Shown piece after piece: positions 1 to 8,600 of a stretch of DNA of 29,042 bases. A model generated the notes under the pieces. The model saw only the letters and a program-made list of their open reading frames with translations. It had not been told where the DNA came from and did not search any database. The translations under genes were made by a program, and so were the position numbers. Source of the DNA: a candidate division WOR-3 bacterium (lineage in GTDB: Bacteria; Hydrothermota; Hydrothermia; Hydrothermales; Hydrothermaceae); NCBI GenBank assembly GCA_039803805.1, contig JBDRZF010000001.1:1-29042 (forward strand), in the 5' to 3' direction. Positions within the stretch are counted from its first letter, which is position 1; every line of letters begins with the position of its first letter.

Positions 1-174
1 TTCTATTTTATATCCTTTTAAAAAAATTGATATTAAATAACCACCAGTCATTAAAAAGAAATAATGGAGGAAAAGATAGATTCTTAAAATGGGAAATGAA
101 AGTTTTTTTAAAAATGAAGATTTTAAATATAAAAAAATTGTAAAAATTAAAATTCCTAAAAACAGATAAAACAT
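1..174 (-). CDS. Partial (runs off left edge) hydrophobic membrane protein, MFYLFLGILIFTIFLYLKSS...; not in the ORF track
   Basis: ATG at 174-172 preceded by strong SD GAGGAGG (revcomp of ~184-190). The frame is open for 58 codons to the window edge with two hydrophobic stretches, and it lies 27 nt downstream of the 803-aa gene on the same strand. Confidence 0.6.
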   Translation of the reverse strand, partial: MFYLFLGILIFTIFLYLKSSFLKKLSFPILRIYLFLHYFFLMTGGYLISIFLKGYKIE

Positions 175-201
175 TTTCTTCCCCCTCCTCTCAATTAATT
201 T

Positions 202-2613
202 TTACTTTATCTCACCCAATATCTTAAATTCAACCCTTCTATTTAACTGGTGCTCCTCCTCTGTTTTTGCATTTGGAACAACAGGTCTATCCTCTCCATA
301 TCCAATTGCTATAAGTCTTCTTGCATCTATTCCATGTTTTGTTATAAAGTATGTTCTAACAGCATTCGCTCTTGCATCTGTTAATCTGTAATTGTATGCT
401 CTTGTTCCTCTTTCATCAGCATGACCACCTATCTCAACTTTCATTGTCGGATTATCTTTTAAAACCTGGGCAATTGAATCAAGGATTGGATAGGATTCTG
501 GTCTTATTGTTGCCTTGTTGAAATCAAAATAAATATTTCTGAATGTGAATACCATCTTTTCCTGCAGCATTGGGAAGTTCTTTATGTTCTTCTCCCCTCC
601 TCTTACAGAAACATATGCAGCCTGTGGAATATATTTTGGACCTTTTGGAGGAGGCGGAACTGTTACTTCAAATAAATATGTTCCTGCATATAAAATTATT
701 TCATAAGTTCCGTCCTCTTTACTCTTCATCTCTTTAACAATTTTACCTGTTGAATCCTTTATAACCATATCTGCAACAAGTGCTTCATTCGTTTGGGCAT
801 TATAAACTTTACCAAGGACTATACCTTTATTTGGTTTTAAGAGGATCTCTTTTTCAATTAAAGTTGCCGGCTTCATTATAACAGGTTCTGTTCTTTTATA
901 ATAATCAGGATGCTCAAATATAAATGTATATTCTCCTGCTTCAAGTTGAACCTTTAAAAATCCAAGTGTATCTGCTTTTAATTTTTCCTCTTTATCCTTA
1001 AATTTAACTGTTATTTCAGGCTGAACAGGCTCACCTGTTAATGCATCCTTTATTCTTAAAGCAAGTATTCCATAAGTTGGAACAAGTTTAAATGTTAAAT
1101 CCGTTGTTTTAGCAGCCTTTACTTCTGCAGGCAATTTCTTAGGAAAATATTTCTCTTTTACAACATGAACGATATAATCTCCAGGAGTTAATGAATAGAA
1201 GAAAAATCCGTTCTGGTCAGATGAAATTTTCTTAACAAGTTTATTACCTTTATAAATATTCACTTCAGCGATAAGCGGTTTACCGGTTATAGAATCTTCA
1301 ATTGTTCCCCTGATTTTTCCTTTCATCGGTGTTCTTAATCCCCAGTAAAGACCAAGTGCCTCACCATTGCTTCCATAGAAAAATCCCCTTGAATGGGAAT
1401 AACCAATATCAAAATAGAAATAATCAAAGGAGAAACCAATTCCATAGGAAAGGGAGACTCCTTGATGACCACCAAGAGAACTTCCTATTCTTGTTATAAA
1501 CCACTCTGAAAGAGGGTATTCAAAACCAAGAGAAAGTCTTGGCATTGTTGAACAAAGTGCTCTTTCTTTAAACCCCTGCTCATAATCAAAAAATATTTTC
1601 CACATTTTTTCAGGATTAAAATATGTTATTCCGAGCCTTAAAATAATCGGTAATTTCTTTTTAAATGGATCTATCTCATAAGTGCAAGATGTATCAACTC
1701 CTAAACTTTCTCTTTTCTCTTTGTCTAATAAATTCCATATATTGAAATCTTCAATTCTTCCAAAATGGTAACCTTCCTCTGCATAATGTTCTAAGCCGGG
1801 ATCAATACCAAAAGGAAAACCTGTTCCCCATTTTAAAGAAGAATAAATATTTGAAAATGAAAGTCCTATTGCAAACCTGTCTTTATAATTTGCTCCTAAA
1901 CCTAAATCAAAAGAAACTCCTTCTCCACCAACCCCGTATCTTGCCTTTAATGTATCATATCCCTCTATTTCTCTCCTTCCAGAATTTAATGCTGCTCTGA
2001 AATCAAGGACTTCTGCATAGGCTATTCCAAAAATATAAGAGAATCCAAGCCCATACAGTATTCTTAAATCTTCATCATAATCATACTTATATCCAAAAGA
2101 AATTTTATTTTCTAAATAAGATATTGCTTCTCCATCAAAATCATTTAAATCATATCTTTTGCCGAGTTCATTTCCAAAAAATGAAAGTGACCAGAAATCC
2201 TTTGTCGTCTTTATAAAACTTGCATTAACAACCCTCATCCCAAATCCAAGGTATTTATAAGCAAAGGAAAGCCCTGTTAAATCACTTCCAAGATGAAATT
2301 TAAAAAATCTACCTGGTATTGAATTAAGAAATTCATTTTTATCTTTATAATTTAAAGTATCACCCTTATTTGCCTTATCAGCCATTTTATTCCACCAGGA
2401 TAAAGAGAATGTATTGTTTGTAAATCCTAAAAATCCTGATAAAGGAAATGAAAAGGAAAAAGAAGGATTTAATTTTGAACTTAAAAGTGCGGGATTATAG
2501 AATATTGCCTGCGAGCCATAAGTATATGAAGAACCAAGCCACATTCCTGCATTTGGATAGTTATAATAAGAAAATAAAATATATGGAATGGTTAAAATTA
2601 TGAATTTTTTCAT
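202..2613 (-). CDS. OmpA-family outer-membrane protein: N-terminal beta-barrel (PorV/FadL/DUF5723-like), three carboxypeptidase-regulatory-like repeats, C-terminal OmpA peptidoglycan-binding domain
   Basis: Signal peptide and AGGAGG SD. Barrel N-terminal motif AIFYNPALL and alternating aromatic strands to ~aa 430. Three repeats (GKIRGTIEDSITGKPL, GILALRIKDALTGEPV, GIVLGKVYNAQTNEAL). OmpA motifs NIYFDFNKATI, GHADERG, RANAV, GYGEDRP, NRRVEF. Confidence 0.85.
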   Translation of the reverse strand: MKKFIILTIPYILFSYYNYPNAGMWLGSSYTYGSQAIFYNPALLSSKLNPSFSFSFPLSGFLGFTNNTFSLSWWNKMADKANKGDTLNYKDKNEFLNSIPGRFFKFHLGSDLTGLSFAYKYLGFGMRVVNASFIKTTKDFWSLSFFGNELGKRYDLNDFDGEAISYLENKISFGYKYDYDEDLRILYGLGFSYIFGIAYAEVLDFRAALNSGRREIEGYDTLKARYGVGGEGVSFDLGLGANYKDRFAIGLSFSNIYSSLKWGTGFPFGIDPGLEHYAEEGYHFGRIEDFNIWNLLDKEKRESLGVDTSCTYEIDPFKKKLPIILRLGITYFNPEKMWKIFFDYEQGFKERALCSTMPRLSLGFEYPLSEWFITRIGSSLGGHQGVSLSYGIGFSFDYFYFDIGYSHSRGFFYGSNGEALGLYWGLRTPMKGKIRGTIEDSITGKPLIAEVNIYKGNKLVKKISSDQNGFFFYSLTPGDYIVHVVKEKYFPKKLPAEVKAAKTTDLTFKLVPTYGILALRIKDALTGEPVQPEITVKFKDKEEKLKADTLGFLKVQLEAGEYTFIFEHPDYYKRTEPVIMKPATLIEKEILLKPNKGIVLGKVYNAQTNEALVADMVIKDSTGKIVKEMKSKEDGTYEIILYAGTYLFEVTVPPPPKGPKYIPQAAYVSVRGGEKNIKNFPMLQEKMVFTFRNIYFDFNKATIRPESYPILDSIAQVLKDNPTMKVEIGGHADERGTRAYNYRLTDARANAVRTYFITKHGIDARRLIAIGYGEDRPVVPNAKTEEEHQLNRRVEFKILGEIK

Positions 2614-2624
2614 CTCTCCCTCCT

Positions 2625-3686
2625 TTATTTTTCTTCTAATGTTTCAAGGTCTGTTAAAACTGTTGCTTCAACCCATCCATTAACTCTTAAAGAATCCCTT
2701 GATCTTAAATATGCCTTACCTTGCTTTGGGATTAAAATTTTTATACTGTAAAATACAAGGGAATCCTGAAAAACATTGAAATCATCTTTTGTAAGTTCTA
2801 ATGTATCACTCCATGCTTTAGCATTTATTGATTTACCTGTAACAGTATCCTTTGGAGCAGCATAGAATGGAAAATTGTGTATTACTGAATCAGGTGGCCA
2901 TTCAAGACCTTTTAAATAAATTGTTCCATAAGCCTCTCCCGGTATTGAGTGTCTGAAATTCAAAACAATCCTTATTTTTGCAATTTGCCCTTTCTTTGCT
3001 GCCTTCCTTATTTCCTTTTCTACTTCAAAGGTATCTTCCTTTGTAAAAACTATGTCTCCAAGAAGCTGGGCTGCAAAAAGAACCCTTTTCATTCCCCAGA
3101 TTGTATCTAAATTTGTGCTTCCTGTTTTTATCTTTGTATCTTCAACCCTTATCTGAAGTTTATGTGGACCAAAAGGGAAATTTGGATAAATTATTCTTAT
3201 AATTGTATCTATATTTCCGGGAGAAAATTTGAAATATATTGTATCATCTGACCATATCTTCATTGTATCACCAATTGTATCCCAGCACCATGGAGTAAAT
3301 CTCACATAACCTTTAATTGTGTCTGGTGCATAACCTTTTATTTTCACTTTACCAACCATTGTAAAGAGTAATGAGCGGAAAAGTGACCTCATAGTATCAA
3401 TATCTCTTCCAAGTGACCTTCTTAAACTTGCATAGAATACCTGAAAAGTGGTTGTATCAACATATACATTTGTTTCTGTATGCCTCTGAATCGAAAATAC
3501 AGAATCTATTTCAGGAGAATCATAAATTATCTCATATTTATCAGGCTGATCTTTTAAAATATCATATACGGTTACACAGGAATCACCTATTGGACATCTT
3601 AATGTTATCCACCATTTTGGCTGTTCCTTTGGCACTTTTATACACGATATCCCTATTATTAAAAAAATTACCCAGTATTTTTTCAT
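2625..3686 (-). CDS. Hypothetical lipoprotein, very rich in D-[S/T]-hydrophobic motifs
   Basis: MKK, hydrophobic core and Cys15 (IIGISC, FCB-style lipobox). AGGAGG SD at 3691-3696. Ends 11 nt upstream of the barrel/OmpA gene. Confidence 0.75.
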   Translation of the reverse strand: MKKYWVIFLIIGISCIKVPKEQPKWWITLRCPIGDSCVTVYDILKDQPDKYEIIYDSPEIDSVFSIQRHTETNVYVDTTTFQVFYASLRRSLGRDIDTMRSLFRSLLFTMVGKVKIKGYAPDTIKGYVRFTPWCWDTIGDTMKIWSDDTIYFKFSPGNIDTIIRIIYPNFPFGPHKLQIRVEDTKIKTGSTNLDTIWGMKRVLFAAQLLGDIVFTKEDTFEVEKEIRKAAKKGQIAKIRIVLNFRHSIPGEAYGTIYLKGLEWPPDSVIHNFPFYAAPKDTVTGKSINAKAWSDTLELTKDDFNVFQDSLVFYSIKILIPKQGKAYLRSRDSLRVNGWVEATVLTDLETLEEK

Positions 3687-3708
3687 AAAACCTCCTTTAA
3701 ATAAATTA

Positions 3709-3738
3709 ATTATAATTTAAATAAATTTTAAAAAACAA
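3709..3738 (-). promoter_or_regulatory. Putative sigma70 promoter for the lipoprotein-barrel operon (TTGTTT-18-TATAAT)
   Basis: Minus-strand hexamers at 3738-3733 and 3714-3709 in the divergent intergenic region. The -35 is weak and the region is AT-rich. Confidence 0.45.
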
Positions 3739-3768
3739 TTGAAGCAAAAATAATTTTTAAATTAAAAT
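3739..3768 (+). promoter_or_regulatory. Putative sigma70 promoter for speE-speB (TTGAAG-18-TAAAAT)
   Basis: Hexamers at 3739-3744 and 3763-3768. The ATG follows 9 nt later with no SD. Confidence 0.5.
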
Positions 3769-3777
3769 TATCCTCTT

Positions 3778-4596
3778 ATGAAAGAATTCAGGGAGTATCA
3801 TAAAAAAAACGCAGGTATTTTTTTAAAAATTGATAAAATCCTTTTTAATAAAAATAGCAAATTTCAAAAGATTCTTCTTTTTGAAAATAAAGATTTTGGT
3901 AAAGTTCTTGCCCTTGACAATTTCTTAATGCTAACAGAAAAGGATGAATATTTTTATCATGAGGCAATTGTTCATCCTGCCCTCTCTTTAATTAAAAATC
4001 CTGAAAAAGTTCTTATAATTGGTGGTGGAGACGGAAAGACAGTATATGAAGTTTTAAAGCATGGGGTAAAGGAAATAAATCTTGTTGAGATTGATGAAGA
4101 AGTTATAAAAATTTCTGAAAAAAATTTTAAATGGGGGAAAGTTTTTAAAAATAAGAAAGTTAAAATATTTGTTCAGGATGCCTATGAATTTGTTAAAAGA
4201 ATAAATGAAAAATATGATTTAATAATCGGTGATTTTCCTGACCCTGTTGGTCCTGCAAAAAAACTTTATGAAAAGGAATTTTATTTGAATATTAAAAGAA
4301 TTTTAAAGAAAAAGGGTATTTTAGTAATTCAGGCAGAATCTCCTATTTATCATAAAGAAATTCAGAGAAAAATTTACAATGAAATTAAAGAAATTTTTAA
4401 AATATGTAAGTTTTATTTCTCCCCTGCTCCAACTTATCCAGGTGGTGTATGGCTGTATTTATTTGCCTCTGATTTTTATAACCCTTTAAAAAGTAAAATT
4501 AAAAGGGAAATTAAAAATTTAAAGTTCTATTCTAAAAAAATACATAAAGCAATTTTTGAGATTGGAGAAATTTTATATGAGGTTCCTGGGATATAG
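3778..4596 (+). CDS. speE: Polyamine aminopropyltransferase (spermidine synthase)
   Basis: Motifs SKFQKI, LTEKDEYFYHE, VLIIGGGDG, LVEIDEEV and gatekeeper loop DFPDPVGPAKKLY; length 272 aa. Confidence 0.95.
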   Translation: MKEFREYHKKNAGIFLKIDKILFNKNSKFQKILLFENKDFGKVLALDNFLMLTEKDEYFYHEAIVHPALSLIKNPEKVLIIGGGDGKTVYEVLKHGVKEINLVEIDEEVIKISEKNFKWGKVFKNKKVKIFVQDAYEFVKRINEKYDLIIGDFPDPVGPAKKLYEKEFYLNIKRILKKKGILVIQAESPIYHKEIQRKIYNEIKEIFKICKFYFSPAPTYPGGVWLYLFASDFYNPLKSKIKREIKNLKFYSKKIHKAIFEIGEILYEVPGI

Positions 4597-5392
4597 TAAA
4601 AAAAATTATGATTTAATAATTATTGGTGTTCCCTATGAAAGTGAAGTTGTTTTTAAAAAGGGGGCTTCAATTGCACCAAAAAAAATCAGGGAAGCATCAG
4701 AAGCAATAGAATATTATTCACCTTATCAGAATAAAATCGCAAAGAATTTTTATGATGAAGGAGATATTGAAATAAAAAATTTAAAGAAAAAAGAGATTTT
4801 TAAAAAAATAAAAGAAAAGATAAAAAATATTTTGAAAGATAATAAAAAATTTATTTTAATTGGTGGAGACCATACAATAACTTATCCTGCAGTTCTTGCA
4901 ATTAAAGAATTTTTAAAAGAATTTATATTAATTCATATTGATGCCCATCTTGATAGAAGAAAAATATTTAAGAAAGATGAAATAAACTATGCAACAGTTA
5001 TAAAAAGGATTGAAGAAAAAATAGGTGAAGAAAATGTATTTACTTTTGGCGTAAGAGCAAAAGGTAAAGAGGAAAAAATTACAAAAAATATTTATTTTTT
5101 TAATGTTTATGAAAATATTAAAAAGATTGAAAATATTTTAAAAACAAAAAAATTTTATGTATCAATTGACCTTGATGTCTTGGATCCTGCTTTCTTTCCA
5201 GCAGTTACAAATCCAGAACCGGGAGGAATTGACTTTAAAGAAATTTTAAATACAATAATATTTTTATCAAATTTTAAAGAAAATATAATAGGTTTTGATG
5301 TCGTTGAATATAATCCCTTAGTTTCACAGGAGATGACATGGGCTATCTCTGCAAGCATAATTATAAGGGAAATAATTTGTTCTTTAATTTGA
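4577..5392 (+). CDS. speB: Agmatinase / ureohydrolase
   Basis: Metal ligands GGDH, DAHLD and SIDLDVLDP, plus EPGG and DVVE. Start moved from the track's TTG 4556 to in-frame ATG 4577, which has GGAG ~9 nt upstream. Overlaps the speE end. Confidence 0.92.
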   Translation: MRFLGYSKKNYDLIIIGVPYESEVVFKKGASIAPKKIREASEAIEYYSPYQNKIAKNFYDEGDIEIKNLKKKEIFKKIKEKIKNILKDNKKFILIGGDHTITYPAVLAIKEFLKEFILIHIDAHLDRRKIFKKDEINYATVIKRIEEKIGEENVFTFGVRAKGKEEKITKNIYFFNVYENIKKIENILKTKKFYVSIDLDVLDPAFFPAVTNPEPGGIDFKEILNTIIFLSNFKENIIGFDVVEYNPLVSQEMTWAISASIIIREIICSLI

Positions 5393-5418
5393 CTTTAAAA
5401 AAATTTTTTAATTATAAT
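5389..5418 (+). promoter_or_regulatory. sigma70 promoter for the gld-like ABC operon (TTGACT-18-TATAAT)
   Basis: Near-consensus hexamers at 5389-5394 (overlapping the speB stop) and 5413-5418. The ATG is 15 nt downstream with no SD. Confidence 0.7.
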
Positions 5419-5433
5419 TAATCACTTCAAAAA

Positions 5434-6360
5434 ATGATAGAAGTAAAAAATTTATCAAAATATTTTGGAAAGGTTAAGGCAGTTGATGACATTTCCTTTA
5501 ATGTGAAAAAGGGAGAGATTCTTGGATTTTTAGGTCCTAATGCTGCTGGAAAAACTACAACGATGAGGATAATAACTGGTTTTTTAAAACCAACCAATGG
5601 AACAGTTTTTGTTGAAAACATTGATGTTCTTGAGAAACCTGAAGAGGTTAAAAAGAAAATTGGATATCTTGCTGAGGATAACCCAATATACACTGATTTA
5701 ACACCAAAGGAATACTTGAAATTTATGGGTGAAGTAAGGGAAATGGAAAAAAACTTATTTAAAGAAAGGTTTGAAAAAGTAATCCATGATACAGGAATAG
5801 AGGATGTTTTAAATAGGCCAATTGGTGAACTTTCAAAGGGTTTTAAACAGAGGGTTGGGCTTGCACAGGCTCTTTTACATGACCCTGAAATACTTATCCT
5901 TGATGAACCAACAACAGGACTTGACCCAGCCCAGATAGTTGAAATAAGAAATTTAATAAAAGAACTTGGTAAAGAAAAAACAGTGATTCTTTCAACCCAT
6001 ATTCTTCCTGAAGTTGAAATGCTTTGTGAAAGGGCAATAATAATTCATAAAGGTAAAATAGTTGCAGAAGGGAAAATAAAAGAACTTGAAGAAAAGACAA
6101 AAAGAAAAGAAAGTGTTAAATTTTTAATAAAGGCAAATAAAAAGGATTTTGAAGAAAAAATTAAAGAAAGAAAGGATGTTGAATCATATAGTATAAAATC
6201 CTTAAATGATTTTATTGAAGGGAAAATTTCATTTAAAGAAGGGGATGCAAGGGAAATATTCTTTGATCTCTGTGTTTTAAATAAATGGAGAATTTATGAA
6301 CTTTATTCTGAAAGGTATGGTCTTGAAGAAATATTTTTACAACTTGTTAGGGAGGAATGA
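5434..6360 (+). CDS. gldA: ABC-2 type ATP-binding protein, GldA-like
   Basis: Walker A GPNAAGKTT, signature LSKGFKQRV, Walker B ILILDEP, H-loop LSTH. First gene of a gldF/gldG/DUF4340 cluster. Symbol denotes family, not proven gliding function. Confidence 0.85.
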   Translation: MIEVKNLSKYFGKVKAVDDISFNVKKGEILGFLGPNAAGKTTTMRIITGFLKPTNGTVFVENIDVLEKPEEVKKKIGYLAEDNPIYTDLTPKEYLKFMGEVREMEKNLFKERFEKVIHDTGIEDVLNRPIGELSKGFKQRVGLAQALLHDPEILILDEPTTGLDPAQIVEIRNLIKELGKEKTVILSTHILPEVEMLCERAIIIHKGKIVAEGKIKELEEKTKRKESVKFLIKANKKDFEEKIKERKDVESYSIKSLNDFIEGKISFKEGDAREIFFDLCVLNKWRIYELYSERYGLEEIFLQLVREE

Positions 6361-7067
6361 AAAGGGTTTTTGCAGTATATAAAAAGGAATTAAAGAGTTA
6401 TTTTAATTCACCAATAGGTTATATATATCTTGTTGTTTTTCTTGTTTTAACCCAATGGCTATTTTTAAGAAATTTCTTTGTATTTCCTCAAACAACTCTA
6501 AGGGATTTATTTTCTTTATTTCCTATAATCTTTGTTCTTTTCATTCCCGGTCTTACGATGAGATTATGGGCAGAGGAAAGGAAAGTTAATACGATTGAAA
6601 TACTCTTCACTTTACCTTTAAAGGATTATGAAATTTTATTTGGGAAATTTCTATCAGCATTAACATTCTTTGCTCTTTCTTTACTTCTCACATTTTTATT
6701 ACCAATAACACTTTCTTTTATCGGGGACCTTGATTGGGGAGCAACAATTTCAGGATACATAGGAGCACTCTTTCTTGGAGGAGCATACATTTCCCTTGGA
6801 CTTGCCCTTTCAAGTTTTACACAGAACCAGATAGTTGCCTATATCCTTTCTGTTACAATATGCTTTTTATTTTATATAATAGGTGAAGATGCTTTAATTG
6901 CCAATTTCTCAACATTCTGGATAAATATATTTAAATTCTTTTCATTAAAAACAAGATTTGAAAGTATTACAAGAGGGATAATTGATTTAAGGGATATAAT
7001 CTATTATATTTCGTTCATGGGGTTTTTCCTTTATTTAAATATATGGATAATGGATAGGAGAAGATGA
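6357..7067 (+). CDS. gldF: ABC-2 permease, GldF-like
   Basis: About six hydrophobic segments, the motif TMRLWAEERKVNTIEILFTLP and the end RGIIDLRDIIYY. ATGA overlap with gldA. Confidence 0.85.
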   Translation: MKRVFAVYKKELKSYFNSPIGYIYLVVFLVLTQWLFLRNFFVFPQTTLRDLFSLFPIIFVLFIPGLTMRLWAEERKVNTIEILFTLPLKDYEILFGKFLSALTFFALSLLLTFLLPITLSFIGDLDWGATISGYIGALFLGGAYISLGLALSSFTQNQIVAYILSVTICFLFYIIGEDALIANFSTFWINIFKFFSLKTRFESITRGIIDLRDIIYYISFMGFFLYLNIWIMDRRR

Positions 7068-8599
7068 AGAGGGAAAATTTAAATATAATTCTTTCGCTTT
7101 TATTTATTTTTGGAAGTTTAATTTTGCTTAATCTTATTTTAAGGAAACTAATCTTGAGGATTGATTTAACAGAAGATAGAATATATACTTTATCAAATTC
7201 AACAAAAAAAATTCTTTCAGAACTTGATGATATAGTTTCTGTTAAAGCATATTTTTCAAAAAAACTTCCACCCAATCTTGTTCCAGTTAGAAGAGAAGTT
7301 GAAGATATTCTTGAAGAATACAGAACATATTCAAAAGGTAAATTGAGATTTGAATTTATAGATCCTGCAGAAAATAAAGAACTTGAAGGAAAAGTAACAA
7401 GAATGGGAATACCAAAAATACAGATGAATATATTTGAGAAGGATAAGTTGCAAGTGATAGGTGGTTTTCTTGGAATTGCAATTTTTTATAAAGATAAAAG
7501 GGAAGTTATTCCTGTTGTAGAAAGCACTGAAAATATTGAATATGAAATCACTTCAAGACTTTTAAAACTTGCAAAAAAAGAAGAAGTAAAAATTGGTATA
7601 ATGTTTTTATCAAAGGATAAAAAAGATTCTTACACAATTTATAAAGACCAGTTATCAAAGCACTATTCTGTTAGAGAAGTTTCACCAAATCTAATTCCTG
7701 AAGATATAAACCTTTTACTTGTTCTTGGATGGAAAGAACTTGATAAAATGGCTCTTTATAATATAGACCAGCATATAATGAAGGGGAAAAGATGTATATT
7801 TTTAATTGACCCAGTGAATATTACAGAGGAACTTCAATCAAGGGCATTAAGGGAAAAAGATGTTGAATTTTTTAAAAATTATGGTATAAAAGTAGATGTA
7901 AATCTTGTTCAGGATGTCTCTCATGAAATGGCGCCATTCATGCAGGCAGGGATGGCATTCTTTATTCCCTATCCTTACTGGGTTAAAGGAATAAAAAAAT
8001 TCTTTGATAAAAATAGCCCAATAGTAAATAAACTTGAAAATGTTGTTTTTCCATGGTGTTCATCAATTGATACAATTTCGGATGTTTTAAAGGATAAAGA
8101 GGTTACTTTTCTTATTAAAACAACACCACAGGCATGGTCAACAAAATCCTTTTATAATCTATTTCCTGATCCCTTTGCAAAACCTCCAGAAGAAAGAAAA
8201 CAATTTAACCTAAGCATACTTGTCAATGGAAAATTTAAATCTTATTTTACTTCTGAAAGTTTGCCACCGGGTGTTGATACAACAAAATTTTTAAAAGAAA
8301 CAAAAGAACCGGTTTATCTTGCCTTTGTTTCAAATCTTAAATTTATAGATGATAGAATTTTGAATATGTATCCTGAAAACATTTTATTCTTATTAAATTT
8401 ATGTGATGCACTTGGTTTTGGAAAAGAATTAATAGAAATAAGGTCAAGAGGAAAAACTGAAAGACCAATAAAAAATCTTTCTGATTGGCAAAAAAATTTG
8501 TTTAAGTGGGGAAATACCTTTGGAGCAGCAATAATAGTTATTATATTAGGAACATTGAGATTTGTCTATAGAGAAAGAAAGAAATTAAGGAAGGGATAA
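7064..8599 (+). CDS. gldG: GldG-family ABC auxiliary (periplasmic) component
   Basis: N-terminal TM followed by RIDLTEDRIYTLSNST, FEFIDP, EYEIT, a C-terminal NLCDAL...IRSR motif and a C-terminal TM. ATGA overlap with gldF. Confidence 0.85.
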   Translation: MKRENLNIILSLLFIFGSLILLNLILRKLILRIDLTEDRIYTLSNSTKKILSELDDIVSVKAYFSKKLPPNLVPVRREVEDILEEYRTYSKGKLRFEFIDPAENKELEGKVTRMGIPKIQMNIFEKDKLQVIGGFLGIAIFYKDKREVIPVVESTENIEYEITSRLLKLAKKEEVKIGIMFLSKDKKDSYTIYKDQLSKHYSVREVSPNLIPEDINLLLVLGWKELDKMALYNIDQHIMKGKRCIFLIDPVNITEELQSRALREKDVEFFKNYGIKVDVNLVQDVSHEMAPFMQAGMAFFIPYPYWVKGIKKFFDKNSPIVNKLENVVFPWCSSIDTISDVLKDKEVTFLIKTTPQAWSTKSFYNLFPDPFAKPPEERKQFNLSILVNGKFKSYFTSESLPPGVDTTKFLKETKEPVYLAFVSNLKFIDDRILNMYPENILFLLNLCDALGFGKELIEIRSRGKTERPIKNLSDWQKNLFKWGNTFGAAIIVIILGTLRFVYRERKKLRKG

Positions 8600-8600
8600 A

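Noticed and set aside
3708-5420. Palindromes AATTATAATT (3708-3717) and TAATTATAATTA (5409-5420) as operator sites
   Set aside because: They are explained by the self-complementary ATTATAAT core of a -10 box in AT-rich DNA.
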